DNA of 50,793 bases from Oscillospiraceae bacterium (GCA_015063855.1 SVTI01000003.1:1-50793), one strand, 5' to 3'. Counted from the first letter of the stretch, positions 18,340-28,669 are shown. Notes: generated by a model not told the origin, from the letters alone. Numbers and translations: made by a program.

Positions 18340-18744
18340 ATGAATACTTTTGACAAAGCAGGAATCGGACAAAAAATAAGGGAACGCAGAGAAAAGTTAG
18401 GTATGTCCCAGGAGGAGCTTGCTAAGCTTATAGGATATACATCAAGATCTACAATTAATAAGATTGAAATGGGTAAGATAGACATCGCTCAAAGCAAGAT
18501 TGAAAAATTTGCCCGTGCATTGGATATACCTCCTGTCGTACTTATGGGATGGGACTATCCGTTGATATCAGATATGACTCTCCCGAATCTTGATAATCTA
18601 CACGTTAATTCTCCTATTCACAAGATGAGGAATCATTACGAAACAGATCTCTTCAGAATAGTTACACAGCTTAGTAACGACCAACTGAATGAACTTATTG
18701 AATTTGCGAAAAGTCTTTATGAATCAAATAAAAAACAAGACTGA
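18340..18744 (+). CDS. XRE-family HTH repressor (phage CI-like, no S24 peptidase domain)
   Basis: IGQKIRERREKLGMSQEELAKLIGYTSRSTINKIEMG...LMGWD. Start moved to ATG 18340 behind AAGGAG. Confidence 0.9.
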   Translation: MNTFDKAGIGQKIRERREKLGMSQEELAKLIGYTSRSTINKIEMGKIDIAQSKIEKFARALDIPPVVLMGWDYPLISDMTLPNLDNLHVNSPIHKMRNHYETDLFRIVTQLSNDQLNELIEFAKSLYESNKKQD

Positions 18745-18750
18745 AAAAAA

Positions 18751-19719
18751 TTAGTCTTGTTTTTTAATGTAATATATATTTTTATCATGCGGATTGCCGT
18801 GAAGAAATTCCGGACACTCATCAAATATCTTATTTAAGGTTTGTTCTGCTTCATTAAAGGATTTTTCTGAATTTATAAAAACGAGTGAGCTGTTGATAAC
18901 TGCAGTATCATAATGATTGATTTCAGGCATTATTCCCTTTTCTTCAACGTACTTATAATGCTTGTCTATATCTGAAAGGACTGTTTTCATATCTTCGACA
19001 AAAAAGTCGATTGCTTCGGGATTCGCATCTGCGAATTTCTTATTTACGCATATTACCTCTGCAGGTATATTATTGTCACTACCGTTGTAGCTTTTCCATT
19101 CTGCAGTGACGTCCATCGCAGATTTAAGCGTGCTATTGTCAGTTAAAATATCGGTAGTATAAGGCTCGTCTGACAGAATCAAAGCATTCGGGTTTTCTGT
19201 GATCACATCATCAAGCTCATTATACGAATAAATACTAATATTGTTATATGATATCCCTTCATTTTTCGCTAAAATATCAAAAACAGTTTTTGATATCATA
19301 TTATCGCTGCAAGTAATGACATCTTTGCCGTTAATATCGGAAAATACAAGCTCATCATTTTGATTTGAAAGAAGGGATATCTCTGCAAAATGTGTTATAC
19401 CGAGGATATAGCTTCCCTTTTCGCTCCTGTTATACAGATAATTAGCCATATCAATGGGAAGTACGGCAATATCGTAGTCACCGTTTACAATATCCATCAT
19501 GTTATCATCAGCATCTCCGGTAATAACAGTATAAATATTGTTAAGATCTTTGTTTATGCCGTCAAGGATCGAAACTCCTACACTTCCGGGATCGTCCGAG
19601 GATAAAATAAGAATCTCGTAGTTCTCCTTGATCGGTTGCTCTGTAGTTTTGTCTTCTTTTTTACAAGATATAAAAGTCAATATAATTACTAATGAAAGGA
19701 TCAAAGATATTTTCCGCAT
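18751..19719 (-). CDS. Lipoprotein, NitT/TauT-like ABC substrate-binding protein
   Basis: Lipobox FISC; GDYDIAVLP...AN.LYN and V.KKFADANPEAID.F motifs. Confidence 0.7.
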   Translation of the reverse strand: MRKISLILSLVIILTFISCKKEDKTTEQPIKENYEILILSSDDPGSVGVSILDGINKDLNNIYTVITGDADDNMMDIVNGDYDIAVLPIDMANYLYNRSEKGSYILGITHFAEISLLSNQNDELVFSDINGKDVITCSDNMISKTVFDILAKNEGISYNNISIYSYNELDDVITENPNALILSDEPYTTDILTDNSTLKSAMDVTAEWKSYNGSDNNIPAEVICVNKKFADANPEAIDFFVEDMKTVLSDIDKHYKYVEEKGIMPEINHYDTAVINSSLVFINSEKSFNEAEQTLNKIFDECPEFLHGNPHDKNIYYIKKQD

Positions 19720-19891
19720 AATACACCGCCAAAATATATTTATAACTTATTTTATAATAAAAATGAAAAAAAGTAAATAGAATATCGATTGTTTACAAAA
19801 TGTTATTTATTTTATATCTAAAATCGTGTATCATGAAATACGGTATATACAACATTACCATGTAGTATTGTACACCAGATAGGAGGAATTT

Positions 19892-20533
19892 ATGAATAAA
19901 AACAAATTATATACTGTCGGAGAAGAGATATTTAATTCTGTCAGCCACGGAGTTGGTGCCGCTATTTCTGTTGCTGCATGTGTACTTATGATAATTCGTG
20001 CTGCAATCGTTGCGGGTGCGATCGAAGTAGTCAGTGTTTCAATATTCGGAGCATGTCTTATACTGCTCTATATATCGTCAACGTTATATCATGCGCTTAC
20101 AAATGAAACAGCCAAAAAAGTATTTCGTATATTTGATCACTGCATGATCTTCATTTTAATCGCCGGAACCTATACTCCCTTTAATCTTGTAGCGCTCGGT
20201 GGTGGACTTGGTTGGACATTTTTTGGAATTTTATGGGGAACTACAATCCTTGGTGTAGTACTTAATGCTTTAAGTCTTAATAAATTCAAAAAGCTTTCTC
20301 TTGTATTATACGTAATAATGGGATGGTGCGCCATTTTTGCAATCAAGCCTATAGTTACATTTCTTGGAATCTGGGGCTCGATATTATTGCTTGGCGGCGG
20401 AATATTCTACACGGTCGGTATTCTCTTCTATTCAAAAAAAGATATAAGATATATGCACTCCGTATGGCATATTTTCGTAGTTCTCGGAAGCGTGTGCCAC
20501 ATATTATGCGTTCTTTTCTATATAATTAAATAA
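19892..20533 (+). CDS. Hemolysin III / PAQR family membrane protein
   Basis: EEIFNSVSHG, SSTLYH, FDHCMIFILIAGTYTP and HSVWHIFV motifs. Confidence 0.95.
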   Translation: MNKNKLYTVGEEIFNSVSHGVGAAISVAACVLMIIRAAIVAGAIEVVSVSIFGACLILLYISSTLYHALTNETAKKVFRIFDHCMIFILIAGTYTPFNLVALGGGLGWTFFGILWGTTILGVVLNALSLNKFKKLSLVLYVIMGWCAIFAIKPIVTFLGIWGSILLLGGGIFYTVGILFYSKKDIRYMHSVWHIFVVLGSVCHILCVLFYIIK

Positions 20534-20547
20534 CCTTATAAAATAAT

Positions 20548-20577
20548 GATTCCCCGGGGGTTATACCTCGGGGAATC
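20548..20577. terminator. Bidirectional terminator between convergent genes
   Basis: GATTCCCCGGGG...CCTCGGGGAATC stem-loop. Confidence 0.75.
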
Positions 20578-20583
20578 TTATTA

Positions 20584-23500
20584 TTACTTATTAAACTTAA
20601 ACGAGTAAATGCTTGAATTTTTCAATTCAAATGTAAGTGTTACGGGAACTCCCTGGAAGTCCGCAACATTACCATCCTTAAAGATAACATTGTAATCGGC
20701 GCTGTCTGCTGCAAACCAATCGCTGGTTATAGCATTACCGCTGAAATCGGAAAGAGTTACTCTCATTGCATCTGCGGTAGCACAGTTTATAGCAAGAGAG
20801 TTGCCTTCAAAGGTGAAGGGCTTGGTAACCATTGTACTTCCTTGTGCGGTACCGAGAACTGCTCTGAAGCCGTCAAGACGCATTGTATAGCGGTAAAGAA
20901 CCGAGCAATCCTTGGAAGAGCTGTGTTCTGCCATATAGAGCGACAATTCATTCTCACCGGTCTGGATCATACCAACTGCAGGATAACAGTCACCGTGACC
21001 GTATACCTCGGGAAGATTGGGAGAAATAAATGCATTACCGTATCTCTTCCAGTTTACAAGATCTCGGCTGCACATAAGAAGTGCTTCTGTAGAAACAGGA
21101 TCAAGTGTAAACTTGGTAGGAAGACCTACATAGAGATCCTCAGAACGGAAGTAAGGAGTAATACAGTTGGTATACATCTGATAATCAATGTTGTCAGAAT
21201 AGCTGATCGGAACAGGAATGCTCCAATTGATGCAGTCATCACTCTCGGAATATCTGATATCACGAGAAATCTTAGTGGGGTTATTTGCAACATAATCCTT
21301 ATCGAGATTATAGTTACTTCCCTCATGGAAGCCACGAACAAAAGCAACATACTTGCCTCTGTTTTCATCCCAATACATGGTATTAAGTGTATCGAAATAA
21401 CAACCCTCGGTTTCGGTAGGAGTACTCATCATCTTTCTTTCGTAGCTACCGAAAGCAAAGTAGTTACCGTCACCTTCTCTTGAAAGCTCAAGGAAGAGAC
21501 CGTCGCCCCATTGACCGTAAACACCCTTCCAACGCTCGTTCTCGGGGCAGTCGGGATTGGTATCATAGAATACAAAGAGGTTATCGGGACGGCAAACCTC
21601 GTCTGTTACTATATTAGAAGCTCCACCCTGGGAGGTATTGGTATAAAGATTAGGACGAGACCAGTTGATACCGTCATCACTCTCGATATAGCAGATACGG
21701 CGTGTGTAGCCGCTATTGGAGGTTGCCTTGTAATACATTCTGTAGCTGCCGTCGGGAAGCTGAGAAATGTTGTGGTATACGGTATTGTAGGATTCATAAT
21801 CCTTATTGAAGGTAAACACTGCCTCCTTCTTTACAAGAGAGCCGAAGCCGTATACAGCATCGCTCGAGGAGGTATCGATCATATAGTTATCGATGAATAG
21901 CTGACGGCTGTCACCGATATCAATAGCATCAATATACTGCTCCTCTACCTTAACATTGTAATAATTGTAGCTTTCATCGGTATACTGAACTACAAAGGTA
22001 TATGTACCGGGAGCAAGAGTTACTCTTACGTATCCGTCAACAACTTCGGAGTTCTTAATGGTTACACAGTCGGCTGCGGCTTTGATCTCTGCGGAGGTTG
22101 AATAATTACCGCTTGCGTATCTGATAACCTGAAGATCGTTAAGATTACCGATTACAACAGTATTCTTGAGCTGCTGGAAGGAAGGTACCTTCTTTGCAAC
22201 GTCATACTTATACATTACAACATATCCGTTGTTATACTGAATACCGATTGTGACAGTACCGTTTTCACGGTACTGGATCATGTATTCGCTTTTACCCTTA
22301 AGATCTGCCTTGCCGGAGAAGGAACGCTGTCCTGCAGCTCTCTTGATCTCACCGGGGGTGGCAAATTCACCGTATGCGGTTCTGATAACCTTAACATCCT
22401 CAAGGTTAGAGAGATGTACCTGAAGGCCCTTGTTTTGGAATGCGGGCTCTACAACGGTTAAATCGATCTGAGTAATGATGTTTTCTCTGGTTGTATCGTT
22501 AAACCTGATACATACACTGTGTCTGCCGGGATTAGTTACGATATAGGAATAGTCATGTGCTCCTGCGATCTTGGTCTCGGTAACACGAACTATCTTGTTC
22601 TGATTGATCTCGGTGTAGGTATTATAGTCACCTTCAGCAATAAAGAAATCTCTGACACCGTAGAGGTTATGAACAGTTACCGTAACACCGTCGGAGGTAA
22701 TGTAAGGAATCATAACCGAAATATCTATAGTAGATATATATTCCTTACCATCCTTCGTTTTCATCCAGAAGGTATATACACCGCCATCGGTCATTTCTCT
22801 TGAGAAAATGCCGTTAACGGTACTGTTTGCTATTATCGAAGAATTAAGTGTTACACAACCGGGTGCGTTCTTTATATCGGATGAGGTTGTATAAACACCG
22901 TTAACGTATCTTATTGCAGAAATATTATCTGCTAAGGTTATAAATACGTCATAACCGCCTTCTGCATATACGTAAGGTACTGCAAGCGCAGGAATTATCT
23001 TTTCTTCATAGTAATCACAGAACCCACAGTCCTTTCTCATCAGACCGTTTTCAGTATCGGTAGCCTCTGTTACAGTATACCAGTCGCTCATTACATGACC
23101 ACCGGTTTCGTATATCTCCTGTGACAGAACTGTGTTACATCTTGTACAGTAGGTTGTAAGAGAACCGTTTGATACACATGTTGCCTCTACCAATACAGGC
23201 TCGCCTGCGTTATGTCCGAGGGCAGGAATTGACTTTGTTTCTGTAGCTATACAATCCTGACATTTTCTCTTTGCTACGCCTTCGGTGGTACAAGTAGGCT
23301 CGGTTACTGTATACCACTCACCATAAATATGGGGCACACCGGAGTGGTTGAGAACGATACCGTAGGAATTGGAATATATGCCGGGTGTGCTGGTTCCTGA
23401 AACGCCGTCAGAAGTTTTTTCACATACAGTGATAAATCTGCCCCATGTATTGGGCTGACCGTTAGCCATTTCGTATCTGTCCATATACATTATAGAAGCA

Positions 23501-24165
23501 CGGGAAACGGTACCCTGAGTTGCAAGAGTAGTCGCAGAAACATTTTTTGCACCTGCGGCGCTGAGATCGGCAACAATTATATTCCAAGGAATCTTAACTT
23601 CAAAACGCCAGCCTTTTTCGGTGATTGCACCTGCAGTAGTGCAGCTTGTAGTGATATCACCCTCGTTTGCTCTTGAACGATATACGTGCACAGAACCATC
23701 AGCATATATTCCGATATTATACCAAGGTGTGTATTTAGCTGAATTGCCGAAAGCACTCTGTGCATCAAGCATAAGATTCATTACGTCTCCGTTAAAGCCG
23801 TAATTTCTTGTATTACCATCATTGTCGATATTATCGTAACCTGTAGATGCTACAAAGCTGTTCTTTTCGTTACAATCGGTAATATCAGCTGCAAAGTATA
23901 ATCCGTTTGTATCATATGCAAAAAATACTTCAGCTGAAGACGTGCATGGATTTGTTGCCCAAAAATGACCTACAGTTGCATCATTAACGTATGCAGGCTG
24001 AGACCATTTACCGCTTGTTTCGATTGATCCGTCGATTACGGGACTGCTTTTAGGCATAGTAACCGCAGGATTTTGAACAGTACCGTCAGCATAACCGAAC
24101 ACGTTAAACGGTACTATCATAAGTATACACAAAAGAAATGCGATAATTCGTGTGATCCTTTTCAT
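20584..24165 (-). CDS. Large secreted multidomain protein: CBM9/DOMON-like domain, Cys/His repeats, ~80-aa repeats and a five-bladed beta-propeller glycosidase-like domain (paralog 1)
   Basis: Signal peptide; PVIDG...AYDTNGLYFAADITD...GWRFEVKIPW; PTCTTEG..C..C repeats; IRY..G.Y.TS.(D/E)IK.A repeats; Asp-box-like ESDDGINWS, ESDDCINWS and SRDLVNW motifs. Confidence 0.75.
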   Translation of the reverse strand: MKRITRIIAFLLCILMIVPFNVFGYADGTVQNPAVTMPKSSPVIDGSIETSGKWSQPAYVNDATVGHFWATNPCTSSAEVFFAYDTNGLYFAADITDCNEKNSFVASTGYDNIDNDGNTRNYGFNGDVMNLMLDAQSAFGNSAKYTPWYNIGIYADGSVHVYRSRANEGDITTSCTTAGAITEKGWRFEVKIPWNIIVADLSAAGAKNVSATTLATQGTVSRASIMYMDRYEMANGQPNTWGRFITVCEKTSDGVSGTSTPGIYSNSYGIVLNHSGVPHIYGEWYTVTEPTCTTEGVAKRKCQDCIATETKSIPALGHNAGEPVLVEATCVSNGSLTTYCTRCNTVLSQEIYETGGHVMSDWYTVTEATDTENGLMRKDCGFCDYYEEKIIPALAVPYVYAEGGYDVFITLADNISAIRYVNGVYTTSSDIKNAPGCVTLNSSIIANSTVNGIFSREMTDGGVYTFWMKTKDGKEYISTIDISVMIPYITSDGVTVTVHNLYGVRDFFIAEGDYNTYTEINQNKIVRVTETKIAGAHDYSYIVTNPGRHSVCIRFNDTTRENIITQIDLTVVEPAFQNKGLQVHLSNLEDVKVIRTAYGEFATPGEIKRAAGQRSFSGKADLKGKSEYMIQYRENGTVTIGIQYNNGYVVMYKYDVAKKVPSFQQLKNTVVIGNLNDLQVIRYASGNYSTSAEIKAAADCVTIKNSEVVDGYVRVTLAPGTYTFVVQYTDESYNYYNVKVEEQYIDAIDIGDSRQLFIDNYMIDTSSSDAVYGFGSLVKKEAVFTFNKDYESYNTVYHNISQLPDGSYRMYYKATSNSGYTRRICYIESDDGINWSRPNLYTNTSQGGASNIVTDEVCRPDNLFVFYDTNPDCPENERWKGVYGQWGDGLFLELSREGDGNYFAFGSYERKMMSTPTETEGCYFDTLNTMYWDENRGKYVAFVRGFHEGSNYNLDKDYVANNPTKISRDIRYSESDDCINWSIPVPISYSDNIDYQMYTNCITPYFRSEDLYVGLPTKFTLDPVSTEALLMCSRDLVNWKRYGNAFISPNLPEVYGHGDCYPAVGMIQTGENELSLYMAEHSSSKDCSVLYRYTMRLDGFRAVLGTAQGSTMVTKPFTFEGNSLAINCATADAMRVTLSDFSGNAITSDWFAADSADYNVIFKDGNVADFQGVPVTLTFELKNSSIYSFKFNK

Positions 24166-24188
24166 GATCCGCTCCTTAAAAAAATAGT

Positions 24189-24239
24189 AATTTACCTCGC
24201 TTCATAGTCAATTTTATTACAAATGAAGTTAAAAGTCAA
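24189..24239 (-). promoter_or_regulatory. Promoter and conserved leader motif of paralog 1
   Basis: TTGACT-17-TAAAAT followed by TATGAAGCGAGGTAAATT; the same layout occurs at 39214-39263. Confidence 0.65.
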
Positions 24240-24259
24240 GGTATTTTGTTATTTTTGTC

Positions 24260-24293
24260 AAAAAAGCTCTGCCTATTACAGCAGAGCTTTTTT
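24260..24293 (-). terminator. Rho-independent terminator
   Basis: AAAAAAGCTCTGC...GCAGAGCTTTTTT stem-loop. Confidence 0.8.
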
Positions 24294-24296
24294 GGT

Positions 24297-26369
24297 TTAT
24301 ATAAAATATGTAGGTAATTCATCCTCAACAGCTCTTCTTGTGAGGTTGATTTTCCATTTAAGATGTTCGGGATCGCACATATATTCCATACTGGGCTCAT
24401 AACCGAGACGTGAATCAAATTCAGTTAAAGCTATGGTTTCCTCGGCATTTGCTATATCACGCTTGCCGATTTCTATCATTTCGGCAACTATCTTATTTCT
24501 TTCTTCACCCTTGGAATCAAGTAATACTTCCTTGCGTTTTTTCCATTCCTTAACGTTAACGGTAGTCTTAGCCGCATTACTGATAAAACGGCACATATTA
24601 AGGAGAAGCTGAGCCTCGTGTCTCTTTCTTTCGGGGATCATGGGAATTATCTTTTCAAGGATATCTCCGCCTTCATCGTAAAGCTCTGCGGTTTTTGTAT
24701 GACATTTGATCTCATAATTGATCTTATCCCAGAGATAAGGTTCAGAAAGATCGTATTTGTATACGGGATTGCAGATCTCGTTGCCGCCGTGAGGAGCATA
24801 AGGTACTGAGGGGAATACCGCATCAACATCCTTATAAAGTATCAAGGGATAAGAAGGCCCGATACGGAAGGGTCCGTACTGGTCTTCGTTGGTAGAAATA
24901 AGATATCTTATACCCTCACTAAAGCATTCGTAAGCTTTAAGCACATCATCGGCAGTTTCCTCGCTGAAGTCACGAACGGCAAGACGACGAAGCATTACGT
25001 TAAGATCGGGAGTAGGTTTATAGAACGCCCATTTCGCGAGATCGGAAATAAACGAAGGATAGAAGCCGTAATGGTGGCTGTCCATTGTACCGCAAAGACC
25101 GTAGTTCTCATGCATTTCACGCATGTTTTCATATCTTCTCATCCACTGATAGGGCGCAGGCTCGTAAGGAATGGTACCAACATCCCAGGTAAGACCGCCG
25201 GTATTGGTCATAGCGTAAAGGCGGATACCTCTTTCCTTTGCAAGCTTTGCTTCGCTCGTAAAGTACTTACCGGGACCTTCAAAGAAGAGAGTATAGTCAA
25301 CGGTACGGTTGGCTATTCCGTCTCGTACAACGTCTTCAAACATCTCAAACGTAACGAGAAGCGAAATGTCGGTAGGTATATTACGAAGAAGCTCAAGTCT
25401 GTATTTCTCTTCAACGTATCCCCAGTTATAAGTCCAGAATACAATATCTGCATCCGGCTTTTTATTGCGGATGATTCGCTTGATCATATTGATCCACAAG
25501 GGGAAATCATAGCAGGGCCACCAACCGGGGCTGGGCTTACCCTTGACGATCGGCTCACCGTTTCCGTCAAGATTATCAAGTCTTAGAATACCTGTAGTAT
25601 GAGGGTCTTTACTGGGGAATTCGCAGGATTCACCTACAAAGATTATACCCTTGAAATAGGGGCATCTTTCAAAAAGTCTGCCATAGAGATTTTCATAAAA
25701 TTCCTCTGCTTCAGGACCTTCGGGGTAAACACGGCTCTTCATATAACTGTATGCATATACATCAACTCCCCACTGCGCCGCACGGTAACAAAGATCGTTG
25801 AAGTCGAGATAACCGTGAGGAGTTACGTCAATATCCTCAACAAATATAAGTAAAGCGTTGATACCTGCATGGGCAATAGATCTGATATGTTCCTCGGGAA
25901 ATTTATCAAGTCCGTAGCCGGAATGGATCATTCTCGGACTGTAAAGAGGAGTACGTATCTCGTCTGCTATATCAAGATAGGGAGCCTCGTTGAGATTCAT
26001 CAGATCCTCGAGATAATAACCTGCCTGTGCAGCTGCTCTGGTATCATGACCGCAAAGAGTTACACGATTTTCGGTTACGGTAAACTTATAAGAATTTTCA
26101 GGAAGTGTTTTGTCAACTTTGTAAGCAATGGTCTTTCCTATAACCTCATCCTCATAAGCAACATGGAGGGATACGTCCATGGAAACAAAGAAATAATCCT
26201 CAAGGTCACGGCATGCCTTCATAAGAACGTCATCATACTCACGGGGTATGGTGATGATCCATTCGAGGTCGATCTCAACCTGATTTTCTTTCTTTAAAAT
26301 GTTTTTGTCGCGACGGTGAGGACGGTGTACCTCCATCATACGCTCTCTGAATTGATAATTTCTTTCCAT
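24297..26369 (-). CDS. Hypothetical cytoplasmic glycoside-hydrolase-like protein (GH20/GH67-like N-terminal domain plus probable TIM barrel)
   Basis: 690 aa, no signal peptide. ENSYKFTVTENRVTLCGHDTRAAAQAGYYLED resembles the hexosaminidase-type N-terminal domain; GIIFVGES strand. Confidence 0.55.
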   Translation of the reverse strand: MERNYQFRERMMEVHRPHRRDKNILKKENQVEIDLEWIITIPREYDDVLMKACRDLEDYFFVSMDVSLHVAYEDEVIGKTIAYKVDKTLPENSYKFTVTENRVTLCGHDTRAAAQAGYYLEDLMNLNEAPYLDIADEIRTPLYSPRMIHSGYGLDKFPEEHIRSIAHAGINALLIFVEDIDVTPHGYLDFNDLCYRAAQWGVDVYAYSYMKSRVYPEGPEAEEFYENLYGRLFERCPYFKGIIFVGESCEFPSKDPHTTGILRLDNLDGNGEPIVKGKPSPGWWPCYDFPLWINMIKRIIRNKKPDADIVFWTYNWGYVEEKYRLELLRNIPTDISLLVTFEMFEDVVRDGIANRTVDYTLFFEGPGKYFTSEAKLAKERGIRLYAMTNTGGLTWDVGTIPYEPAPYQWMRRYENMREMHENYGLCGTMDSHHYGFYPSFISDLAKWAFYKPTPDLNVMLRRLAVRDFSEETADDVLKAYECFSEGIRYLISTNEDQYGPFRIGPSYPLILYKDVDAVFPSVPYAPHGGNEICNPVYKYDLSEPYLWDKINYEIKCHTKTAELYDEGGDILEKIIPMIPERKRHEAQLLLNMCRFISNAAKTTVNVKEWKKRKEVLLDSKGEERNKIVAEMIEIGKRDIANAEETIALTEFDSRLGYEPSMEYMCDPEHLKWKINLTRRAVEDELPTYFI

Positions 26370-26450
26370 AGTTAAATAAAATTACCTTTCCTTATTGAAT
26401 ATTTTTTTCTTTTGTGATAAAATCTATTATTGTTATTATATAATTAAAAT

Positions 26451-27416
26451 TTGGGAATGTCAATAATGAACTCTAAGAATAATATAACTTTATCACCATT
26501 ACCGCAAACAAGTCGAATGAAAACTTTTCGCGCAAATTTTCTTTTGCTGATAACAGCGATTATATGGGGCTCAGCATTCGTTGCCCAAGATAATGCAGGA
26601 GAGGTACTCGGAGCTTTCTCTATCAATTTCTCTCGTTATCTTGTCGGCGGCATCGTACTGATACCATTGTTCCTCTATATAAATTTTAAAGAAGGAAACA
26701 ATAACCCTAAAAAGAAAAAAGGAAAACTCCGTACATCATTTATCGGTGGTATATTCTGCGGGTGTGCTCTCTTTGTCGCCTCGGCTCTTCAGCAATTCGG
26801 CATCAACGCAGGTGCTGACCCGGGTAAAGCGGGTTTTATTACCGTAATGTATATTGTCATAGTTCCGCTTTTCGGCTTGTTTCTTAAAAAGAAGGTTGGT
26901 TTATTCTGTTGGATAGCGGTCGCAATAGCACCGTTCGGACTTTATTTTCTTTGTATGGATGGGTTTGTAATGCCGGCTGCCTCCGACTTGATACTTTTAG
27001 CCTGTGCAGTTGTTTTTTCTGTACACATACTCGTTATCGACAAGTTTTCTCCGAATGCCAATGGTGTTCTTATGTCATCCATACAGTTTTTGACTGTTGC
27101 TGTTCTTTCTTTTATATGTATGATTGTTTTTGAGCAAGAATATATTCCGGAAATACCCAAAGCATCAAAGGATATCGCTTATCTCGGTATTATGTCAAGC
27201 GGTGTTGCCTATACGCTTCAAATAATCGGACAAAAAAATACATCCCCTACAGTAGCGAGCCTTATAATGAGCCTTGAATCAGTATTTGCTATGGTATTTG
27301 GAGCCCTTGTAGTTATGGAAATGCCTTCGGGAAGAAAGATATTAGGCGCAACGATTATTTTCGCGGCTGTCATACTCGCACAGCTTCCCTCACCTCAAAT
27401 TAAAAGGAGTAAGTAA
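26451..27416 (+). CDS. DMT/EamA family transporter
   Basis: About 10 TM helices; IWGSAFVAQ, GKAGFIT and ASLIMSLESVF motifs. The true start may be 26517. Confidence 0.92.
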   Translation: MGMSIMNSKNNITLSPLPQTSRMKTFRANFLLLITAIIWGSAFVAQDNAGEVLGAFSINFSRYLVGGIVLIPLFLYINFKEGNNNPKKKKGKLRTSFIGGIFCGCALFVASALQQFGINAGADPGKAGFITVMYIVIVPLFGLFLKKKVGLFCWIAVAIAPFGLYFLCMDGFVMPAASDLILLACAVVFSVHILVIDKFSPNANGVLMSSIQFLTVAVLSFICMIVFEQEYIPEIPKASKDIAYLGIMSSGVAYTLQIIGQKNTSPTVASLIMSLESVFAMVFGALVVMEMPSGRKILGATIIFAAVILAQLPSPQIKRSK

Positions 27417-27418
27417 CA

Positions 27419-28318
27419 ATGGAAATATTATATTGGTTTGAATCTATAAGAAATCCCTTGCTCGACGCATTTTTTTCTTCAGTTACGTGGCTCGGACATG
27501 AGCTTATACCCATAGCACTTATTTGTATACTTTATTGGTGTGTAAATAAATCTACAGCTTATAAAATCGGCTTTTCGTTTTTTGTTTCTGGTCTTGCAAC
27601 TCAGGCGCTTAAAGTCACCTTCAGAATTTCCCGTCCATGGAAACTCGATCCCGATTTCAAGCCTGTAGAAAACGCAGTAAATGAAGCTACGAGCTATTCC
27701 TTTCCAAGCGGTCATACGCAATCTGCAACTTCGGTTTATTCATCTCTTGCCCTTTGTATAAAAAAGTTTTGGTTGAGAATAATACTTGTTATTGCATTTT
27801 TGCTTGTAGGAATTTCAAGAATGTACCTCGGTGTTCATACATTGAATGATGTACTTACCGCCCTTGTGCTTTCTCTTATTGTTACACTCATAGTTTTCAG
27901 GATATTCGATAAGATCGGTGATAATAAAAAATTCGATATTTATATTTCATTAGTATTTTTTATCCTTTCAGCAGCACTTATAATTTATTCCTTTCTACTT
28001 TCATCGAAGGGTATTATATCTGCAGACTCTCTTGAGGACTGTGTTAAATCGGGAGGAGCCGGAATTGCTTTTTCAATAGGATATTATATTGAAAGAAAGT
28101 ATATAAATTTTGATGTCAGAACCAAAGCATTCCTGTTTCAGATTGTTAAGGTCGTTCTTGGTTTAGGGGTTGCACTCGGTTTAAAGAGCGGTTTAAAGCT
28201 TCTTATCGGCGACTCTGCACTCGCCAACGGAATACGTTACTTCATACTTGTATTCTTTATAGTTGTTATTTATCCGTTAATTATTAAAGCATTTTCCAAT
28301 ACAAATGACGAAAAATAA
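27419..28318 (+). CDS. PAP2-family membrane phosphatase
   Basis: K.....SRP, SFPSGH and SRMYLGVH...DV motifs; multiple TM helices. Confidence 0.93.
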   Translation: MEILYWFESIRNPLLDAFFSSVTWLGHELIPIALICILYWCVNKSTAYKIGFSFFVSGLATQALKVTFRISRPWKLDPDFKPVENAVNEATSYSFPSGHTQSATSVYSSLALCIKKFWLRIILVIAFLLVGISRMYLGVHTLNDVLTALVLSLIVTLIVFRIFDKIGDNKKFDIYISLVFFILSAALIIYSFLLSSKGIISADSLEDCVKSGGAGIAFSIGYYIERKYINFDVRTKAFLFQIVKVVLGLGVALGLKSGLKLLIGDSALANGIRYFILVFFIVVIYPLIIKAFSNTNDEK

Positions 28319-28341
28319 TTATCTTTTATTTAAAATAACTA

Positions 28342-28370
28342 TTGCAAATCTGAAAGCTTTGTGATATACT
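28342..28370 (+). promoter_or_regulatory. sigmaA promoter of the SRP RNA gene
   Basis: TTGCAA-17-TATACT with a TG extension. Confidence 0.7.
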
Positions 28371-28397
28371 ACTATGGTACAACGAGATATTAAATAA

Positions 28398-28669
28398 GGC
28401 CATACCGGCCGGGGAGCTAGCGGTGCCCTGCACCTGCAATCCGCTATAGCAGGGGTGGTTTCCCTTTTTGAGGGCTGGAGATGTTTGGTTAGCCCCGTAT
28501 CTTGGATGTTGAGGAATGGGTCTCGTGCAATCACTCGCTGTGAACCATGTCAGGCGGGGAACCGAGCAGCATTAAGCGGTCTGAAGTGATGTGCCGCGAG
28601 GTCGCCTGTTCTGAGTTCAAGTTACGGCAAGCACTTATGGCTTCATGTTCGATTTGAGGGTGTATGGTC
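28398..28669 (+). ncRNA. ffs: Large bacterial SRP RNA (scRNA, with Alu domain)
   Basis: Alu-like 5' GGGGAGCTAGCGGTGCCCTGCACCTGCAATCCGCTATAGCAGGG; domain IV GAACCATGTCAGGCGGGGAACCGAGCAGCATTAAG; 5'/3' pairing GGCCATAC/GTATGGTC; located upstream of dnaX as in Bacillus. Confidence 0.93.
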
